A DNA stretch of 63,463 nt, filler included, from Parasitella parasitica NRRL 2501 (GCA_025201805.1; 10 parts of 9 records of this genome joined end to end with filler, not necessarily neighbours in it), one strand, 5' to 3'. Numbered from the whole stretch's first letter, positions 1 through 12,595 are shown. Numbers and translations are program-made. Notes: generated by a model from the letters alone, not told the origin.

Positions 1-151
1 TTCATGTTGATGTCCCACTTTCATATTAACGTCCCATTTTCGTATTCGTGGCCCATTTTCCTAGTAGTGGCCCATTTTTGTAATCGTGTCCCAACCAATT
101 TGGAAATGACCAAAATTTATTTTCATTGGCCCAACCTAGTTTCGTCAACTG
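1..151 (-). mobile_element. End of a TA-targeting (Tc1/mariner/pogo-type) DNA transposon: 56-bp terminal sequence plus 19-bp-period subterminal repeats
   Basis: 96-151 is the exact reverse complement of 21485-21540 (CAGTTGACGAAACTAGGTTGGGCC...). Both are bordered by TA (152-153; 21483-21484). The CCCA core of a (G/T)CCCATTTT motif recurs at 14, 33, 52, 71 and 90. Confidence 0.75.
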
Positions 152-287
152 TAATGTGGAAGAGTTGAGATTATTCAAATGTCGTCCTAATTACAGACAA
201 CGAAGCAAATAGGCGACTTACGGAATTTATAATGGCTACTATCGATGTCAATGAATACACACCTTGTCGAAACTTTTATTTACTTGA

Positions 288-518
288 TTAAAGATTTTCT
301 GTCAAAAATAAACTAGTGTTGTATCTCTTATACATTAAAGGTTCAGAATCAATTCTCTTGTTGCAAAGTAGCATAGGTTGCAGTGGATTTTTGTCGTAAC
401 AAACCTCGACATCTTCAAAACTTTCCATTCTTTTCAAAAGCTTTTCCTCGTTAGCTTCTGTATATTTATGACAAAAGAAAATACATATTGCCTGTTCTCT
501 GGATATATTTTTGACCAT
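288..518 (-). CDS. Small 76-aa hypothetical protein
   Basis: ATG-to-stop ORF with globular composition (MVKNISREQAICIFFC...VCY...LLC...YKRY). A minus-strand TATAAAAA lies about 55 nt upstream (~571-578). Confidence 0.55.
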   Translation of the reverse strand: MVKNISREQAICIFFCHKYTEANEEKLLKRMESFEDVEVCYDKNPLQPMLLCNKRIDSEPLMYKRYNTSLFLTENL

Positions 519-958
519 GAGTTAGCTGCTAATGTTGGTTGAAGTTGATGGAGAAGTTGAAATTTTTTCTTTTTTATAAGCAGTGAAATAGACCGGTTGA
601 AGAAAAAAAAACCTCTTTTTCTGATTGGCTGGTAACCTGTTTTTGCGAAAAAATAAAAGTTTACCTGACAAAGGTTCCCTTGCAAATATCCTTGTCCTGT
701 TTCCGTTTTTGAAGTACTGACCCATTTTCAAAAGAGTGTCCCATTTCTCCTTGTAATTTAATCTAAAATCAATCAATGTTATCATCTATTGTTGCGAGGT
801 CATGCAAGCAAAACCGAGTAAGTTACTTTGATATCAAAATGTCACTTCTGCTAAAAGAATAGGAAACCTTGTGGTAGATATGTCAATGTAAAACTAAATT
901 GATAAATACAAGATTGAAGATAAGCGAAACGAGGACACAAATACATATAAAAAGGCTT

Positions 959-3946
959 ATGGCGACAGGTCGAATTCAACATGCCAAAAAACCAACGCTC
1001 GATAATCCAAGTGTCCAGCATGCTTGTGCGTCGAAATATACTCTTAGAGCCCTATCAACAGATACAAACTCTAAAGATATTGGAACAAATAATAGAGATA
1101 AACGCTACCACGATGTACTCTCTGTCGCTATAGATCAATCTAATGTATCCATTGCACAATCGCTTATTGACACCACATTCATGTTATTACGAAAAGGCAA
1201 CGTAGGATTAGCATGGGAATGCTATTTGGATTTAACAAGTCGAAAAAAACACAAGCATATATCTCGCGAGCAGTATAGACAGCTTATCAAGCACTTTAAT
1301 CATAAACAACTCAACAATGAACAAGGGCTTGAACATGTGCTGACGTTAGTGGAAGACATGAAACGACTGGGGTACCAAGTAGGAAGAAAAGAGAAGCTGA
1401 TGGTGTTACGTCTACTTGGTACAAATGGAAATATAGCAGCAATGGAGAAAGTGTTTGACGATTTAAGCAAAGAGCAGCTTTTAGAAATCACTGACCTAGC
1501 AGCAGCCCAAAAACCGTTTAATATCATGCTCACAGCCTATTTCGATCATAGCAGTATTAATGGAGGTATATATACCGCAAAGAAAGCAATGGAATTGTAT
1601 GGAGAGATGCTAGACCGCAACATTCAACCTTCAGAAGCGACAACAGGTTTACTTCTAAAAGACATACGCAAAGGAGGCAAGTCTGATGAAGTAGTAGAGA
1701 ATGTTTGGAATTGGGTGTGGACAAAGATTGGGATGAACGTTGGTGGGAAAACAAAGGAAATAGAACCATCATTATATAGAGGCATGGTCATGTATTTTGC
1801 TAGTGTTGGTCGAGCTGAATATGCGCTTGAGATCAACGATATAATGGCAAAAAAGAAGATACCTCACACAGTAATTTCAATGACTGCATTAATCCATAAA
1901 GTTGGAAGAGCAGGTGATATCAACAAATCGATGGATCTTTTGAATGAAATGGTGGTCGTAGAAGGTCTTGTTCCAACTGTAGTTACATTTAACTCTCTCA
2001 TCGATATACATGCACATAGCAAACCAGAACCAGATGTTGAAGGAGCCAACCGAATGTACAGCATGATGTTGGAGTTGGGGTTACAGCCTAGTATTATCAC
2101 ATTCAGCATTTTGATTGATATGTTCGCGAAAAAAGGAGATTTAGCTGGTGTTAAGAAATTTTATAAAGAAATGGTAGAAAAACATTGCTTTGTCCCAAGT
2201 CCATATGTATATTCGTCGTTAATCGAATACTATATCAAAGTCAACGATCGAAATTCAGTTATGGAAATCTTATCTTTGTTGAAGAAGCAAGTTTATAGCA
2301 ATGCGCCTCCAGCTCGTGAAACATATAACCTCATGTTCAAGGGCCTTGTTCAAAATAATCAAATTGCAGAGGGTATCGACTTGTTGGGAGTGATGATCAA
2401 AAACAAGATGAAGTTAGATTCAAGAACATTTACACCTCTGCTCACATATTTTGCCAAGCGAGGCGATACTGAAGGGGCTCATAAAGTGGCTGACATGATG
2501 ACACAAGCTAAAGTCTTTCCAAATCAGTATACTTATTCATGTCTTTTAGAATCTCATGCAAAAGCAGGTGATATCGAAGGTGCCGAAGACATATTCAATA
2601 CATTTAAAAAGTTGTTCCGACCCAAAGCTCACATCTACAACTCTTTGTTGTATGTTTATACCAAAAGGAACGAAATGGAGAAAGTCTTGGAGACATACAA
2701 ACGTATGACAAAATCTCATATTCCAGCTGACGTATATACCTATGGCATCTTGATGAATTTCTACTCAAGACGTAAAGAACTGAAGGCCGTTGAAGCCCTG
2801 ATGGAAACAATGCAAAAGAACAATATTACACCAAGCATTGCATGTTGGACAATTTTGATGCAAACATATTTTGAGTGTCAACGTCCAGATGAAGGCAGAA
2901 GATTGATTGAACGTATAACTCAAGCTGGCTTGACACCCTCAGACGTAACTTGGAGCGTATTAATATCTGGGTGTATTCAATCAAACGAGCTGGAATTTGC
3001 AGAGTCTATTCTTGAAGAAACTATTGAAAAAGCAAAACAAGCACTCGCCTCTTCGATCTTAATCAGTGACAAAGATCTTGATTTAGAGCAAGGCTACGAA
3101 AGTCTTATCCCAGAAACTATTGAAGATGTGCTAAAAAAGACTCATAACACAACCTTGCCCAAATTTACTGTTTCTCCTTATCTGTTTACGGCAATCATTG
3201 ACGCACATAGCAAGAGTGGTGGTTTCGATCAAGCTAAATCTCTAATTAAGACCATGAATGACCTAAATGTCCCAATTACAGTCGTGACATACACGACTAT
3301 CATGAACGTCTTCAAAAGAGAGAGAAGATTTGATATTGTAGAATTACTTTGGAATGCACTTAGTAAGCCATCAAGTCAGCAATCTTTTGTGGAAAACGTG
3401 GATCCTATGTTTCCAAAACTACCACTGCCCGAAAAGACTTACACTTATACAAATCTACTTACTTTAAACGATGATAACCTTGAAGAAATGAAAACAGTTG
3501 AGGATCGAGTGACACCATTTGCAGTATCAATCTATCTTGACAGCTTATTTGAGGAAAACCGAGAAGATGATATTCGGGCACTATGGCAACATTTGACACA
3601 CAAGAATTATCGCTTTGATGAACAAAATTGGAATCGCTACATTACATTTTTAATTGGGTTTGGCAAACTTGACGAGGCTTGTACATTGGCCTATGATGTA
3701 TTTCTCGAGCCTAAATCAAAAAATGATGGAGATGATAGAACTAAAACCTTCAAATCAGTTAGAAAGAGAGAAGACATTTCCATGTCAAACGATTACCAAA
3801 TTAATACTCGTACCTGCGTTTCATTTGCTAATGCCCTGCAAATCGCTGGAGCTGAAAATATGGGTGAACCAAGACTTCGTGCTGTTGTGAATGCAAAGAT
3901 CGAAGAATACATTCGTCATAAAAATACATTCGAAATAATTTCATAG
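959..3946 (+). CDS. Pentatricopeptide-repeat (PPR) protein, probably a mitochondrial RNA-binding factor
   Basis: Uninterrupted ~1000-aa ORF with many 35-aa PPR motifs (VVTFNSLIDIHA, IITFSILIDMFAKKGD, YTYSCLLESHAKAGD, HIYNSLLYVY, YTYGILMNFY). The frame opens at TTG 899 and the first ATG is at 959; an upstream exon is possible. Confidence 0.92.
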   Translation: MATGRIQHAKKPTLDNPSVQHACASKYTLRALSTDTNSKDIGTNNRDKRYHDVLSVAIDQSNVSIAQSLIDTTFMLLRKGNVGLAWECYLDLTSRKKHKHISREQYRQLIKHFNHKQLNNEQGLEHVLTLVEDMKRLGYQVGRKEKLMVLRLLGTNGNIAAMEKVFDDLSKEQLLEITDLAAAQKPFNIMLTAYFDHSSINGGIYTAKKAMELYGEMLDRNIQPSEATTGLLLKDIRKGGKSDEVVENVWNWVWTKIGMNVGGKTKEIEPSLYRGMVMYFASVGRAEYALEINDIMAKKKIPHTVISMTALIHKVGRAGDINKSMDLLNEMVVVEGLVPTVVTFNSLIDIHAHSKPEPDVEGANRMYSMMLELGLQPSIITFSILIDMFAKKGDLAGVKKFYKEMVEKHCFVPSPYVYSSLIEYYIKVNDRNSVMEILSLLKKQVYSNAPPARETYNLMFKGLVQNNQIAEGIDLLGVMIKNKMKLDSRTFTPLLTYFAKRGDTEGAHKVADMMTQAKVFPNQYTYSCLLESHAKAGDIEGAEDIFNTFKKLFRPKAHIYNSLLYVYTKRNEMEKVLETYKRMTKSHIPADVYTYGILMNFYSRRKELKAVEALMETMQKNNITPSIACWTILMQTYFECQRPDEGRRLIERITQAGLTPSDVTWSVLISGCIQSNELEFAESILEETIEKAKQALASSILISDKDLDLEQGYESLIPETIEDVLKKTHNTTLPKFTVSPYLFTAIIDAHSKSGGFDQAKSLIKTMNDLNVPITVVTYTTIMNVFKRERRFDIVELLWNALSKPSSQQSFVENVDPMFPKLPLPEKTYTYTNLLTLNDDNLEEMKTVEDRVTPFAVSIYLDSLFEENREDDIRALWQHLTHKNYRFDEQNWNRYITFLIGFGKLDEACTLAYDVFLEPKSKNDGDDRTKTFKSVRKREDISMSNDYQINTRTCVSFANALQIAGAENMGEPRLRAVVNAKIEEYIRHKNTFEIIS

Positions 3947-4059
3947 AACAAGATTATAATTTGAAATAAAACATGTAATCAAGAATACTTTTTATGAGTA
4001 TCTATACAAATACTATATTTGCGAGGATTAAATTAAAGTTACAGAAAAATAATTTGGAA

Positions 4060-7000
4060 TCAGCATGACGGAGAAGGTGGGCATTTGCGTGTTAATTTCT
4101 CTAATTGAAAGACAACTTGGTATCCTTCATTTTCGATATCATCCATTGCACCTTGTAGAACTGTATTGTGGGTATTCGTACTGGTGCAGCGGATATTTTT
4201 GCCTCGAATTATTTGCTCTAGTTCGCCCTATATATATACGAAAAGAGAATTTGATAGTGAATAATGGTATACCATTCCACAATTCCATTACTTACAGTGT
4301 GGACATTACGAATTTCGATGAAATCAGGTTCAAATGCAAGCACGTATGGGTATGATAATGCAAATGAATCTGGTGCACCTTCCCAGTCAATCCGCGCACT
4401 CGATCTAATAAACCGGCCTCTTTGATCTACAAAAAATGCGAATTCTAAAAAATAATCAGATCTAGTTCAAGGTTTTATCAAGTCTTTGTATAACTTACCA
4501 TTGTAGCAAACAAGGTATTCAGCAAATTGTATTCTGTAAATGGTAACTGGTCTAACGTCAGGTCTATTGAATACAAAGCTTAATTCTTCATCTTCAGGGT
4601 CTAATAACGCTTGCACGCCAAAATTCTTCATATCTACTACACCGATTTCTCTAGGCGATGATATGCACATTTTTGATTTCAGCAGATTAATTGAAGATGC
4701 TTCACTTGGTAGATACAGATCTTTATAAGCCTTCAAACCAGCTGGGCCATTTCTTACCAATCTCTTTAAACTAAATAAGGATTTCGTTTTCTTGCTTTCA
4801 TCAGTTATCACTGGTTCCAAAACGCGAATTGTTGTTGCAGATAGGGTATTTGACTTCACAACACAAACGAGTGTTTTAGAGAGGCATTCGCCTACATGGA
4901 AAAATGCTGTATTTTGACTCACAGATCTTCCTCTTTTTATTTGTGGAGATACATTGGGTGTCAAGACGTCGAGTGGAAATGTCCATAGTGTCTTGTCTGC
5001 CAAAACTAATAATTGCGATTCGGGCATTAATTCGATCTGTGATACTTTTTCGACGTTTATGATCCGAGAAATGACGCTTTTCTTGGTTGCGGGAACACGT
5101 TTTGTAACAAATACACCTTGATCTGCTCCCACAATGATCTGTTCCATATTGTCATCATCAAATATGGTTGCAGTGTTATTAACTCTATTTGCAATCGTAA
5201 AATGATTTGTAATTAGTGGTGTGATGGAAAATATGGATCGGGTATTTGCAAGTAGGGCCTTTTGGTCCATGATTTTTTTGATCCATATTTGCTGTAACGA
5301 AGAGGCACTAGTGAATAGAGTGATGGCTGGCGAGCCTTTCCGACCATGATGTATAAATGTGATTGACAAATTACTTGTTTTAGCAGCAGATGATATGCTT
5401 TCAGAGGTAGATGGGCAAGGAGCTGCATTGTTTGTTGCTGTTAAGTTTATAGGTCTATTGTACGGCAATATAGAGCTGGCACGTTTTTGTCGATTACTCA
5501 TTGTGACATTAATCGATAATAATTCTAATGGAATTGGCTATTTTATAGCATTGTTAGCAGAATTCTGTATTGGTCAACTGTATATTTACTCTTCTATATG
5601 TCTTGTATTTCTCTAAATGGTCTTCAGACTTGATTTTTGCTAACACTAAATAATGATCAAAAAGAAACACCTGCAAATCAGATGCCTCAGACGATGAGTT
5701 TCCCTTTCGTTTCATTCTTCCCTTCATCAATAGTTGACGTCCAGGCTGTTCTAATTTGAGGTCCTACCACAGCAACAGCAATTAATATGTTATCCTTGTA
5801 ATTTTGCATCCATTCAAACATACCACATAATCTGCTGTTGATTTGAACTCGAGTCTCTCACCAATTTGTTGTAAATTAAAGAAATTTTCGCACTTCCCCG
5901 CTTCAACATTAACCTGCTCCAAATAAGCAGTGATGATTTCCATAATTTGTGGGATCGCTTCTTTATCGGGATTATCATCAGGCGTTATCTTCAATATCTC
6001 TCGTAGTAGTAGATTATAGCGACCTAATCTTGTGGTCGGTTTTGTTAGATATCCATTTAGTTCCAATCTTCTAGACTCTGGCTTTCGCTCCGTTTCCTAT
6101 ATAAGCAATGCTACTAAATTATCTCTTCGAAAATAAGCCATGCGAAAGAAACTATACCTCTACAAACTGTGCAAAAAGTGGGTTTCTCTTCTTTTCGAGC
6201 TCAAAATTGAATTTTCCTATAACTTGGTGGGCGCCATACTCAATAAATGGTTGGAAATATTGAACATGTTCCAACATGACATCACCAATGCTCGAAACAA
6301 GATATTTCTCAGCCTGTCTAACTTCCAATGCACGCGAAAGCTCGGTATTCACATGTCGAATATCTGCAATATTGTAAAATACTTGCTTTACAAATTCTTC
6401 ACGTTTATGATCACTGATGATATCTTCACTCAGTAGTGGCTCCACCCAAAACTGCTAGTGATTCAATAAAGCAGTACAGATTTACTGTGATTATCCACAT
6501 ACCTCATGAACATACTGCAGATCTCTTACAAAGTCTTGTTCCGTGTATATAAGTTCGTAGATGCATTCCTGTCTCTTTCTTTCCTCGGGTAAAGTAGCGT
6601 CAACTACACTTTCAGGGATGGATTGTGACCATAATCTAGTATTTTCTTCCTAAATGCTACAAGTCAATAAAAAGAGGAGTAGTGCAATATGATAAAATGT
6701 TACCTTGACTTGATATTGTTGGCTTTGTTTTAAACTCTGTGGATGAGCAAGTTTGCTTAATACCTCCTTTTAATGCAAAAGAAAAGGATATATCACACTT
6801 GCCTTTTTCTTTAAACATGACCAACTATAACACAAACTATCACCAACGCAGGTCGGTGAATAGCAGTCCGTAAGATCTGTATAGATGCCATTCGGTAAAT
6901 GGGAGGATTCTACGAAAATGACTTGGTTATGTATGAAAAGTCTCACTAGAAAATCAAATCTTACCACTGGTGCTTTCTTTCGAAAATTGTTCGGAGACAT

Positions 7001-8401
7001 CGTCTTTGGGAGTATTTGGCATCTCCTTGAAAGCATATAGCTCATCTGTGGAATCGATAAATGCTGGTTCGTAGTTGACATCATGGAAAAAGTTCTGAGC
7101 CCTCAACGCTGATCCAATTTCAATTGCTTCCGAGCGATCAGTATTTCCAAGTATCGACGATAGTCGATCCTATACACACATGAAATGATTTTAGTCCGAC
7201 GTATTAACTTTTGACAATCCTACACCTTACAACTGCTTCTTTCCCACTAAAAACTTCGTGATACTCTATACCATCTTTCACTAATGTTGAGCATGTAATC
7301 CTTTTATGAAACTCCTTTGCCACTTCGGATAAAAGAGCGGTATATATGGCGATATGTTGCGATCGATAAGCATCAATTGACTTTTGCTGTTCTTCTTTTC
7401 TTGATTGCATTGTACTTAGAAATACAGACGAATAAGATTCTGTCATGCTTGAATGGTTGGGAGTCATAGTGCTATCAGAAATATCAGTGAATACTGTCTC
7501 TGTTGACAAACGAGACTCCAGCTGCGGCTGCGGCTGTTGATACTGATTTTCTGTTGGCAATGACAAAGATTCTGAGCTGCTAAGCTGTATCACTTTGATT
7601 TGTGGTGTAATAGATTCCAAGTCTATTAAAGAGGAACAATGAGAAAACAGAGAAAAGAAAAAGGAGACAAATGTTAATCAGCTTTGCAATCTGTAGTTTA
7701 CAGTGTCTTTGATGAAATTTACCCCTTATGCTGCTCTTACGCCGACCCGAATCAGGAGAAACAGGAGCTCTAGTATTGTCATCGATTCCAGCACCAGCAC
7801 CATCCCAAGATTCAGCTAATCCACTCAATGCTTCATCCAACATCATATCTTTGTCCTCGTTCTCATCTTCGTCATCCGTGTCGTTTGGATCCATTGGGCG
7901 AATGCAAATAGCAGTTGACGGCGGTCTATCCTTGAAGTTAAACTCTTCGTCCTCATCCTCATCATCTTTGCCGGCATAATGCCTCAGAGTGTGGAAGGCA
8001 TTTCCCACAGCGAGGCTTTCCACGGCGTCAGCTTCTGATACATTAAAAGAGGGGCAGCTTTGGCTGTTGTCATGGTAATGAGGAGATGTAGGACTAGTAG
8101 GTTCAATGCGTGTAGCAACATCTCTAGTCTGCATGCTGATGGGTATGCTTGAATTTCGCATAGGCGATGGCATGCATTGTTGCTGCAATGTCCTCTTCTT
8201 CAATTCGGCTTTTGTTTGATCGCTGGCAGCTGCTAAACTTTGTTTTCGCACGGGTAATCGCTGTTGAATGTAGTATTTTTTGATGGTGTCTGGTATCGGA
8301 TTGCCTGATGCTAAATCGTAAGTGACAGTTGGCGTTCTCTTTAGGTACAAGATCTCCCTTTTCTTCTTGTCTGCCACTGGTTTTGGCTGTGTTGAGCTCA
8401 T
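4060..8401 (-). CDS. ROM2: ROM1/ROM2 (Rgf1)-type Rho1 guanine nucleotide exchange factor, DEP-DH-PH-CNH, multi-exon
   Basis: Exon ORFs give DEP (KDGIEYHEVFSGKEAV), DH (RQECIYELIYTE; LELNGYLTKPTTRLGRYNLLL), PH and CNH (FFHVGECLSKTLVCVVK; IDWEGAPDSFALSYPYVLAFEPDFIEIRN). GT-AG introns. The stop TGA is at 4062-4060. Confidence 0.9.
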
Positions 8402-8964
8402 ATCAGGTTCTATATTTCACTAAAGAAGAAGAAGAGGAAAAAAGAAGAAGTTAGTTGACCTGCAAACTTGTAATAAATCGGAATCACAAATAAAGAAGGA
8501 AGAAGGGTAAGAAATCAATTTAATATATACACAAACAGTGCCAATTTTACAAGCCGCACTGTGCAGTCTTTTTATAGTTTCTGAAAAAAAGGTCAAGTAA
8601 ATGATAAAGATCATGGTGATTGTAATAATAAATATTAGTGTTGCTGGTAACAAAACTTTTATTTCTGATAAAAGCTAAGAAGTTTCTGAGAGAAGAGAAA
8701 AGTCTTCTTGAAAAGATTTAAGTGGGGATTTCCATATTTAGAGAAAAAGAGTGATCGCTATGTTTTGTCCAAAGTGAAAATAAAAAAGAGAATGTGTTGT
8801 AAAATAAGCTATCTTTAAGTTGAAGGTAGTCTTTAAAAAAAGTTACGGTTGTCTATTCGACAAACATCTGTGATTCTGGGTGTGAGTGTGTCTGTTGACT
8901 TTGAATCAAAAACCTTTATATGGATTCAGGAACGGAGAGCAAGGTTGAAGATAAACACATTTAT

Positions 8965-9689
8965 AGGGTACAGGAGACACCCTGAGGACACTAGTTAGAG
9001 TCCCACATTTAAAAGACAGCCTGCTTAGGCTGTTTAATAAATAAGACTTATCTGACCCCATTAAGCCGAGGACATGCCCGAGGACTCCTGCTTAAAAGTG
9101 TCCCGATGACAATAAATAACTCCTACAAATAAGGCTATTTAATTGGCCATGATCCATCTTTACTGTCCTGAGTGTGTTTGTTGTGAGTGTTTGTTTAATT
9201 TTTGGCATTTTGTGATTCAAAGTATACATTTCACATTCAAGCTATTAGATATAAGACAAACCTTTGAGTAAGACATCCTTGACACATTTTTTTTACTGTA
9301 ATACGCCGGTTTTGACTTAAAAACATACTTAAGTTCCATCTTCGAATATAAATACTGCTGAAGTACACATACAAGTTTAAATATATAGTACCTAAAATTT
9401 TAATTATCTCAGTAACAAGAAAAAAAGTATGATCCCAAAAACACGATTCCCCAATTCCATCCTTCCGGAAATGCTGAAATGGATTTAAGAATGAGAGCAT
9501 CTCAACAACGAATCCATCAAGCAAGACGAGATCATAGACCCAAGAATACCGCAAACACTTATGAGGGTATGCAACAAGAATTTCTAGCTTTTTGTGATCG
9601 AAATTTTGGGTTAGAAGATCCCACAAGGCATACTGTTACTGGATCCAAGGTTGCGTTTTACATCGAAAAAGAGGTATTAACAAAACTAT
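8965..9689 (+). mobile_element. 5' part of a Crypton-like (tyrosine recombinase/NDC10-type) element; ORF from 9479 is cut by the contig end
   Basis: RPKNTANTYEGMQQEFLAFC...HTVTGSKVAFYIEKEV matches the fungal CryptonF N-terminal pattern RPxNTxxxY...EFxxFC...VTxxKxxxF/YxxxEV. Upstream DNA has GAGGAC repeats and an ACAGCCT/AGGCTGT hairpin. The left boundary is approximate. Confidence 0.7.
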
Positions 9690-9789
9690 NNNNNNNNNNN
9701 NNNNNNNNNNNNNNNNNNNNNNNNNNNNNNNNNTTAATTAATTAANNNNNNNNNNNNNNNNNNNNNNNNNNNNNNNNNNNNNNNNNNNN
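9690..9789. other. Artificial contig linker (N44-TTAATTAATTAA-N44); also centred at 21848, 42081, 44823, 47926, 53213, 55114, 57065 and 61139
   Basis: Identical 100-bp spacer with stop codons in all six frames, present nine times. Confidence 0.97.
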
Positions 9790-9900
9790 AAATTTGTGAT
9801 ATGATCTGCTAACTTTATAGATATCTATAAAAACATGGAAGCCAATGTTGTTGCCAGATAGCGCCAAGTCAATGCTAAGTCTTCCAAGTCAAATTATGGT
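9790..9900 (-). repeat. Dispersed degenerate repeat, also at ~54140-54500 and ~34960-35120
   Basis: The reverse complement aligns with 54275-54386 (AACTTGGAAAACTTAGCGTTGACTTGGCACTATCTGGGAACAACATTGGCTTCCATG). Confidence 0.75.
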
Positions 9901-10142
9901 GTTATATCACTAAAGTGCAATTATTAATGTAAATAAGTCACCATAAATTTACGTAGCTATAAAAAGTATAAATAACAGATGCAATTTCGATTTTCTTATA
10001 CAAAGTATCTTTAATTTTTCGTATCTCGTTAACATTTGGTTTGATTATCTGTTTTTTGATCCAACAGTAGTATAAGTCTTCATTTTAAATCTTTTATTAA
10101 ATGTGCGCATATGTAGTCTATATCAATTCAAGGTAACTGGAT

Positions 10143-10992
10143 GTGCAGTAAATTTGAAAGATTTACGAAATAGAAGAAAAAAGTAAAAATAAAAGTGATA
10201 TAAAATTACAATTATAATCAAGTTTGGGCTCTTTATTTTAAAAGTATACTGAGGTTTTATCTAGAGGAAAACATCTTAGTTGTTATATCAATAACATGGC
10301 AAGGTCTCACATCAGGATCTCAGATCAGTCCCAGGGTCTTACAGTAAATCATGGGTAGTCATGATTTACATTATGCAGCTAGACAGTAGAACCCTAGTGT
10401 AATGAATGTGTATATAATACATCGAGAGATGTATTATGAATAAAGGTGTAATTCTTTGGCAGATTTATTTTATCAGACTTTTGACATAACATTAGTATTT
10501 ATAGGATTTGAATTTTTGTATATCAGTTCTCATGGATGATGCATTGCTCCTAGAGTCAATGCGTTAATTTGACGTTGTTTAATTTTAGGTTTTTTTAAGG
10601 AGAAGCAAATGATGCACCATTGATGGAGATTTGCGTAACATTGGTTGGCCGTGTTAGGATGGCTATCCTCATACTTTAGTTATTCTGTTAAAGATATCCT
10701 TATCTAGAATGATGGGAAAAACTCATTGAATGACGAGCTGCCATAATTGATATATTTGTCATTATTATTCTTATTCTGAATGTTTTTTTCTGTAAAGGAA
10801 AGCACTTTGATCAGGAGTGTTTTCCTTCACTCGACATTCATTGATAAGGTCTTAAATTGTATTTGTAATTCGATTTAATTAAATGACTTTATATGTTATG
10901 CGAACTCGAATGGCATGAATTAACTATTATGCGTGACATTTGAGTCTTATTTTTTCAGTTATGCGCTTTTAGTTATATACCATTTCATTGCA
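10143..10992 (+). repeat. Dispersed repeat of ~640 bp, direct copy at 36596-37232; this copy is interrupted by a solo LTR
   Basis: High visible identity to 36596-37232 once 10281-10496 is removed. Confidence 0.9.
10281..10491 (+). mobile_element. Solo LTR (211 bp) with 5-bp TSD TTAGT
   Basis: TGTTATATCAA...TTGACATAACA inverted termini (10/11). TTAGT lies on both sides. The empty site is visible in the paralogous repeat at ~36728. TATA-like and AATAAA signals inside. Confidence 0.9.
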
Positions 10993-11280
10993 GGATATGA
11001 ATCTAGAAGTGGAATGCAGATCATCATAGTGAATGTATTTCACAGTAACCATGGACTTCAACGTTTATCCATCGGCAGCAATTATAATCCAAAATAAGAG
11101 ACTAAATTCGGATCAACCTTCACCTCAGAACACATCAAGACTCCAGAATAAACATGCTTCGACAACACCATTTTAAATACGTATTACATGATTAATACCC
11201 GTAAACATCACGTGAAATAATTGCCTTTTAGAGAATTTGTATAGCATAAGTTTAGATAAAATAATACACATATATAGAAA

Positions 11281-11811
11281 TGTCAGGAAGATGTTTAGTG
11301 GACTCGTGCCGGAGGCAGTGCTCCGGCACAATGCGAACAAGAAGCGGGTCTTCCGAATAACAGTGCCGGTCCGGCGATTTAAGAAGAGGCAGAGGCTTCA
11401 AACGATGGTGACCTATTGACTTATTGATCCACGATATCCTATTTACCTAATTGATCCACATTAAAATAGTCTAGTTCACATTTCAGTGAACTAGACAGCT
11501 CGCAAAAAAGTATAAATAGAGGCCATTTTGACCAGTAAAGAAGAGTTTTCTTCGTCAGATCTCCTCATCGAATTCCCTTATTAAATATCCCTAGCAATCT
11601 TCTTATCTTTCTCCACCTTTCCCTTATTAAATCATAGCCTCCTTATTTGAAATAAAATTCTGCATATCTTCTCTTAGTACTCTGTCCCTGATTATCTAAT
11701 AAGGCCGTAGATCCCTGATAATAGTATTCGCTTTAAATCAATAAAGCTTTTCACCTTTGTCTTTATCTAATAAATAGTTATATTCTATTAATATTTATTA
11801 GAAACCTAACA
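11281..11811 (+). mobile_element. Solo LTR (531 bp) with 4-bp TSD GAAA
   Basis: TGTCAGG...CCTAACA termini with GAAA on both flanks. TATAAATAG at ~11511, an 11-bp hairpin at 11469-11496, and AATAAA signals near the 3' end. Confidence 0.75.
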
Positions 11812-12132
11812 GAAATTGATACTCTGCGGTTCGGGTTTTGTGAAATTGGTAGCGATGTCTTGGAAAGATCTTGCAGTAAGCAGGTCAATGATGAGACGTT
11901 CCCAGAGTTCAATATCAGATTCAGGAACGTAGCTTCCATTGGCTCAGACTCTGATCGCGTGCGGATAATAAATCAGCATCACAAAGTAATTTACATTTGT
12001 AATAAAATATGATACGTTTGTGCTGGTAAGTTGTGAAATGAGTTGGTTTTTTTTGTGAAGCAATTTGTTCTCCTAAGTTCGAATTGCCGAGACGAAATGT
12101 TTGTACAAAGGATATTCGTATTTGATTTAAGT

Positions 12133-12595
12133 TATCAGGGATCTACGGCCTTATTAGATAATCAGGGACAGAGTACTAAGAGAAGATATGCAGAAGTTTA
12201 TTTCAAATAAGGAGGCTATGATTTAATAAAGGAAAGGTGGAGAAAGATAAGAAGATTGCTAGGGATATTTAATAAGGGAATTCGATGAGGAGATCTGACG
12301 AAGAAAACTCTTCTTTGCTGGTCAAAATGGCCTCTATTTATACTTTTTTGCGAGCTGTCTAGTTCACTGAAATGTGAACTAGACTATTTACTATAACGTG
12401 AATCAATTAGGTAAATAGGATATCGTGGATCAATAAGTCAATAGTATAATGTGGATGAGTACAAGGCAAGAATGACAGTGTGAATCAGAGAGGCAAGAAT
12501 GCAATGTGGATTGATTAGCGAAGAACGAGGTGATATATATTTTTAGATCAAGATGTATAATTGTTTGGGCTTGAAGGCTCGACAGGTTCATGACA
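12133..12595 (-). mobile_element. Solo LTR (463 bp) with 5-bp TSD TAAGT, inverted relative to the 11281 LTR
   Basis: The minus strand reads TGTCATG...CCCTGATA. TAAGT is at 12128-12132 and 12596-12600. About 310 bp are near-identical to 11415-11720 in reverse complement. Confidence 0.75.

Noticed and set aside
1300-3890. Short ORFs overlapping the PPR gene, and similar ones inside the helicase, protease and gag-pol genes
   Set aside because: Antisense or off-frame shadows of long genes with no independent motifs.
9734-9745. Recurrent TTAATTAATTAA motif (9 copies)
   Set aside because: Always centred in 100-bp N spacers, so it is an assembly linker. ORF ends reading ...XXXLIN or ...XXXN are artefacts.
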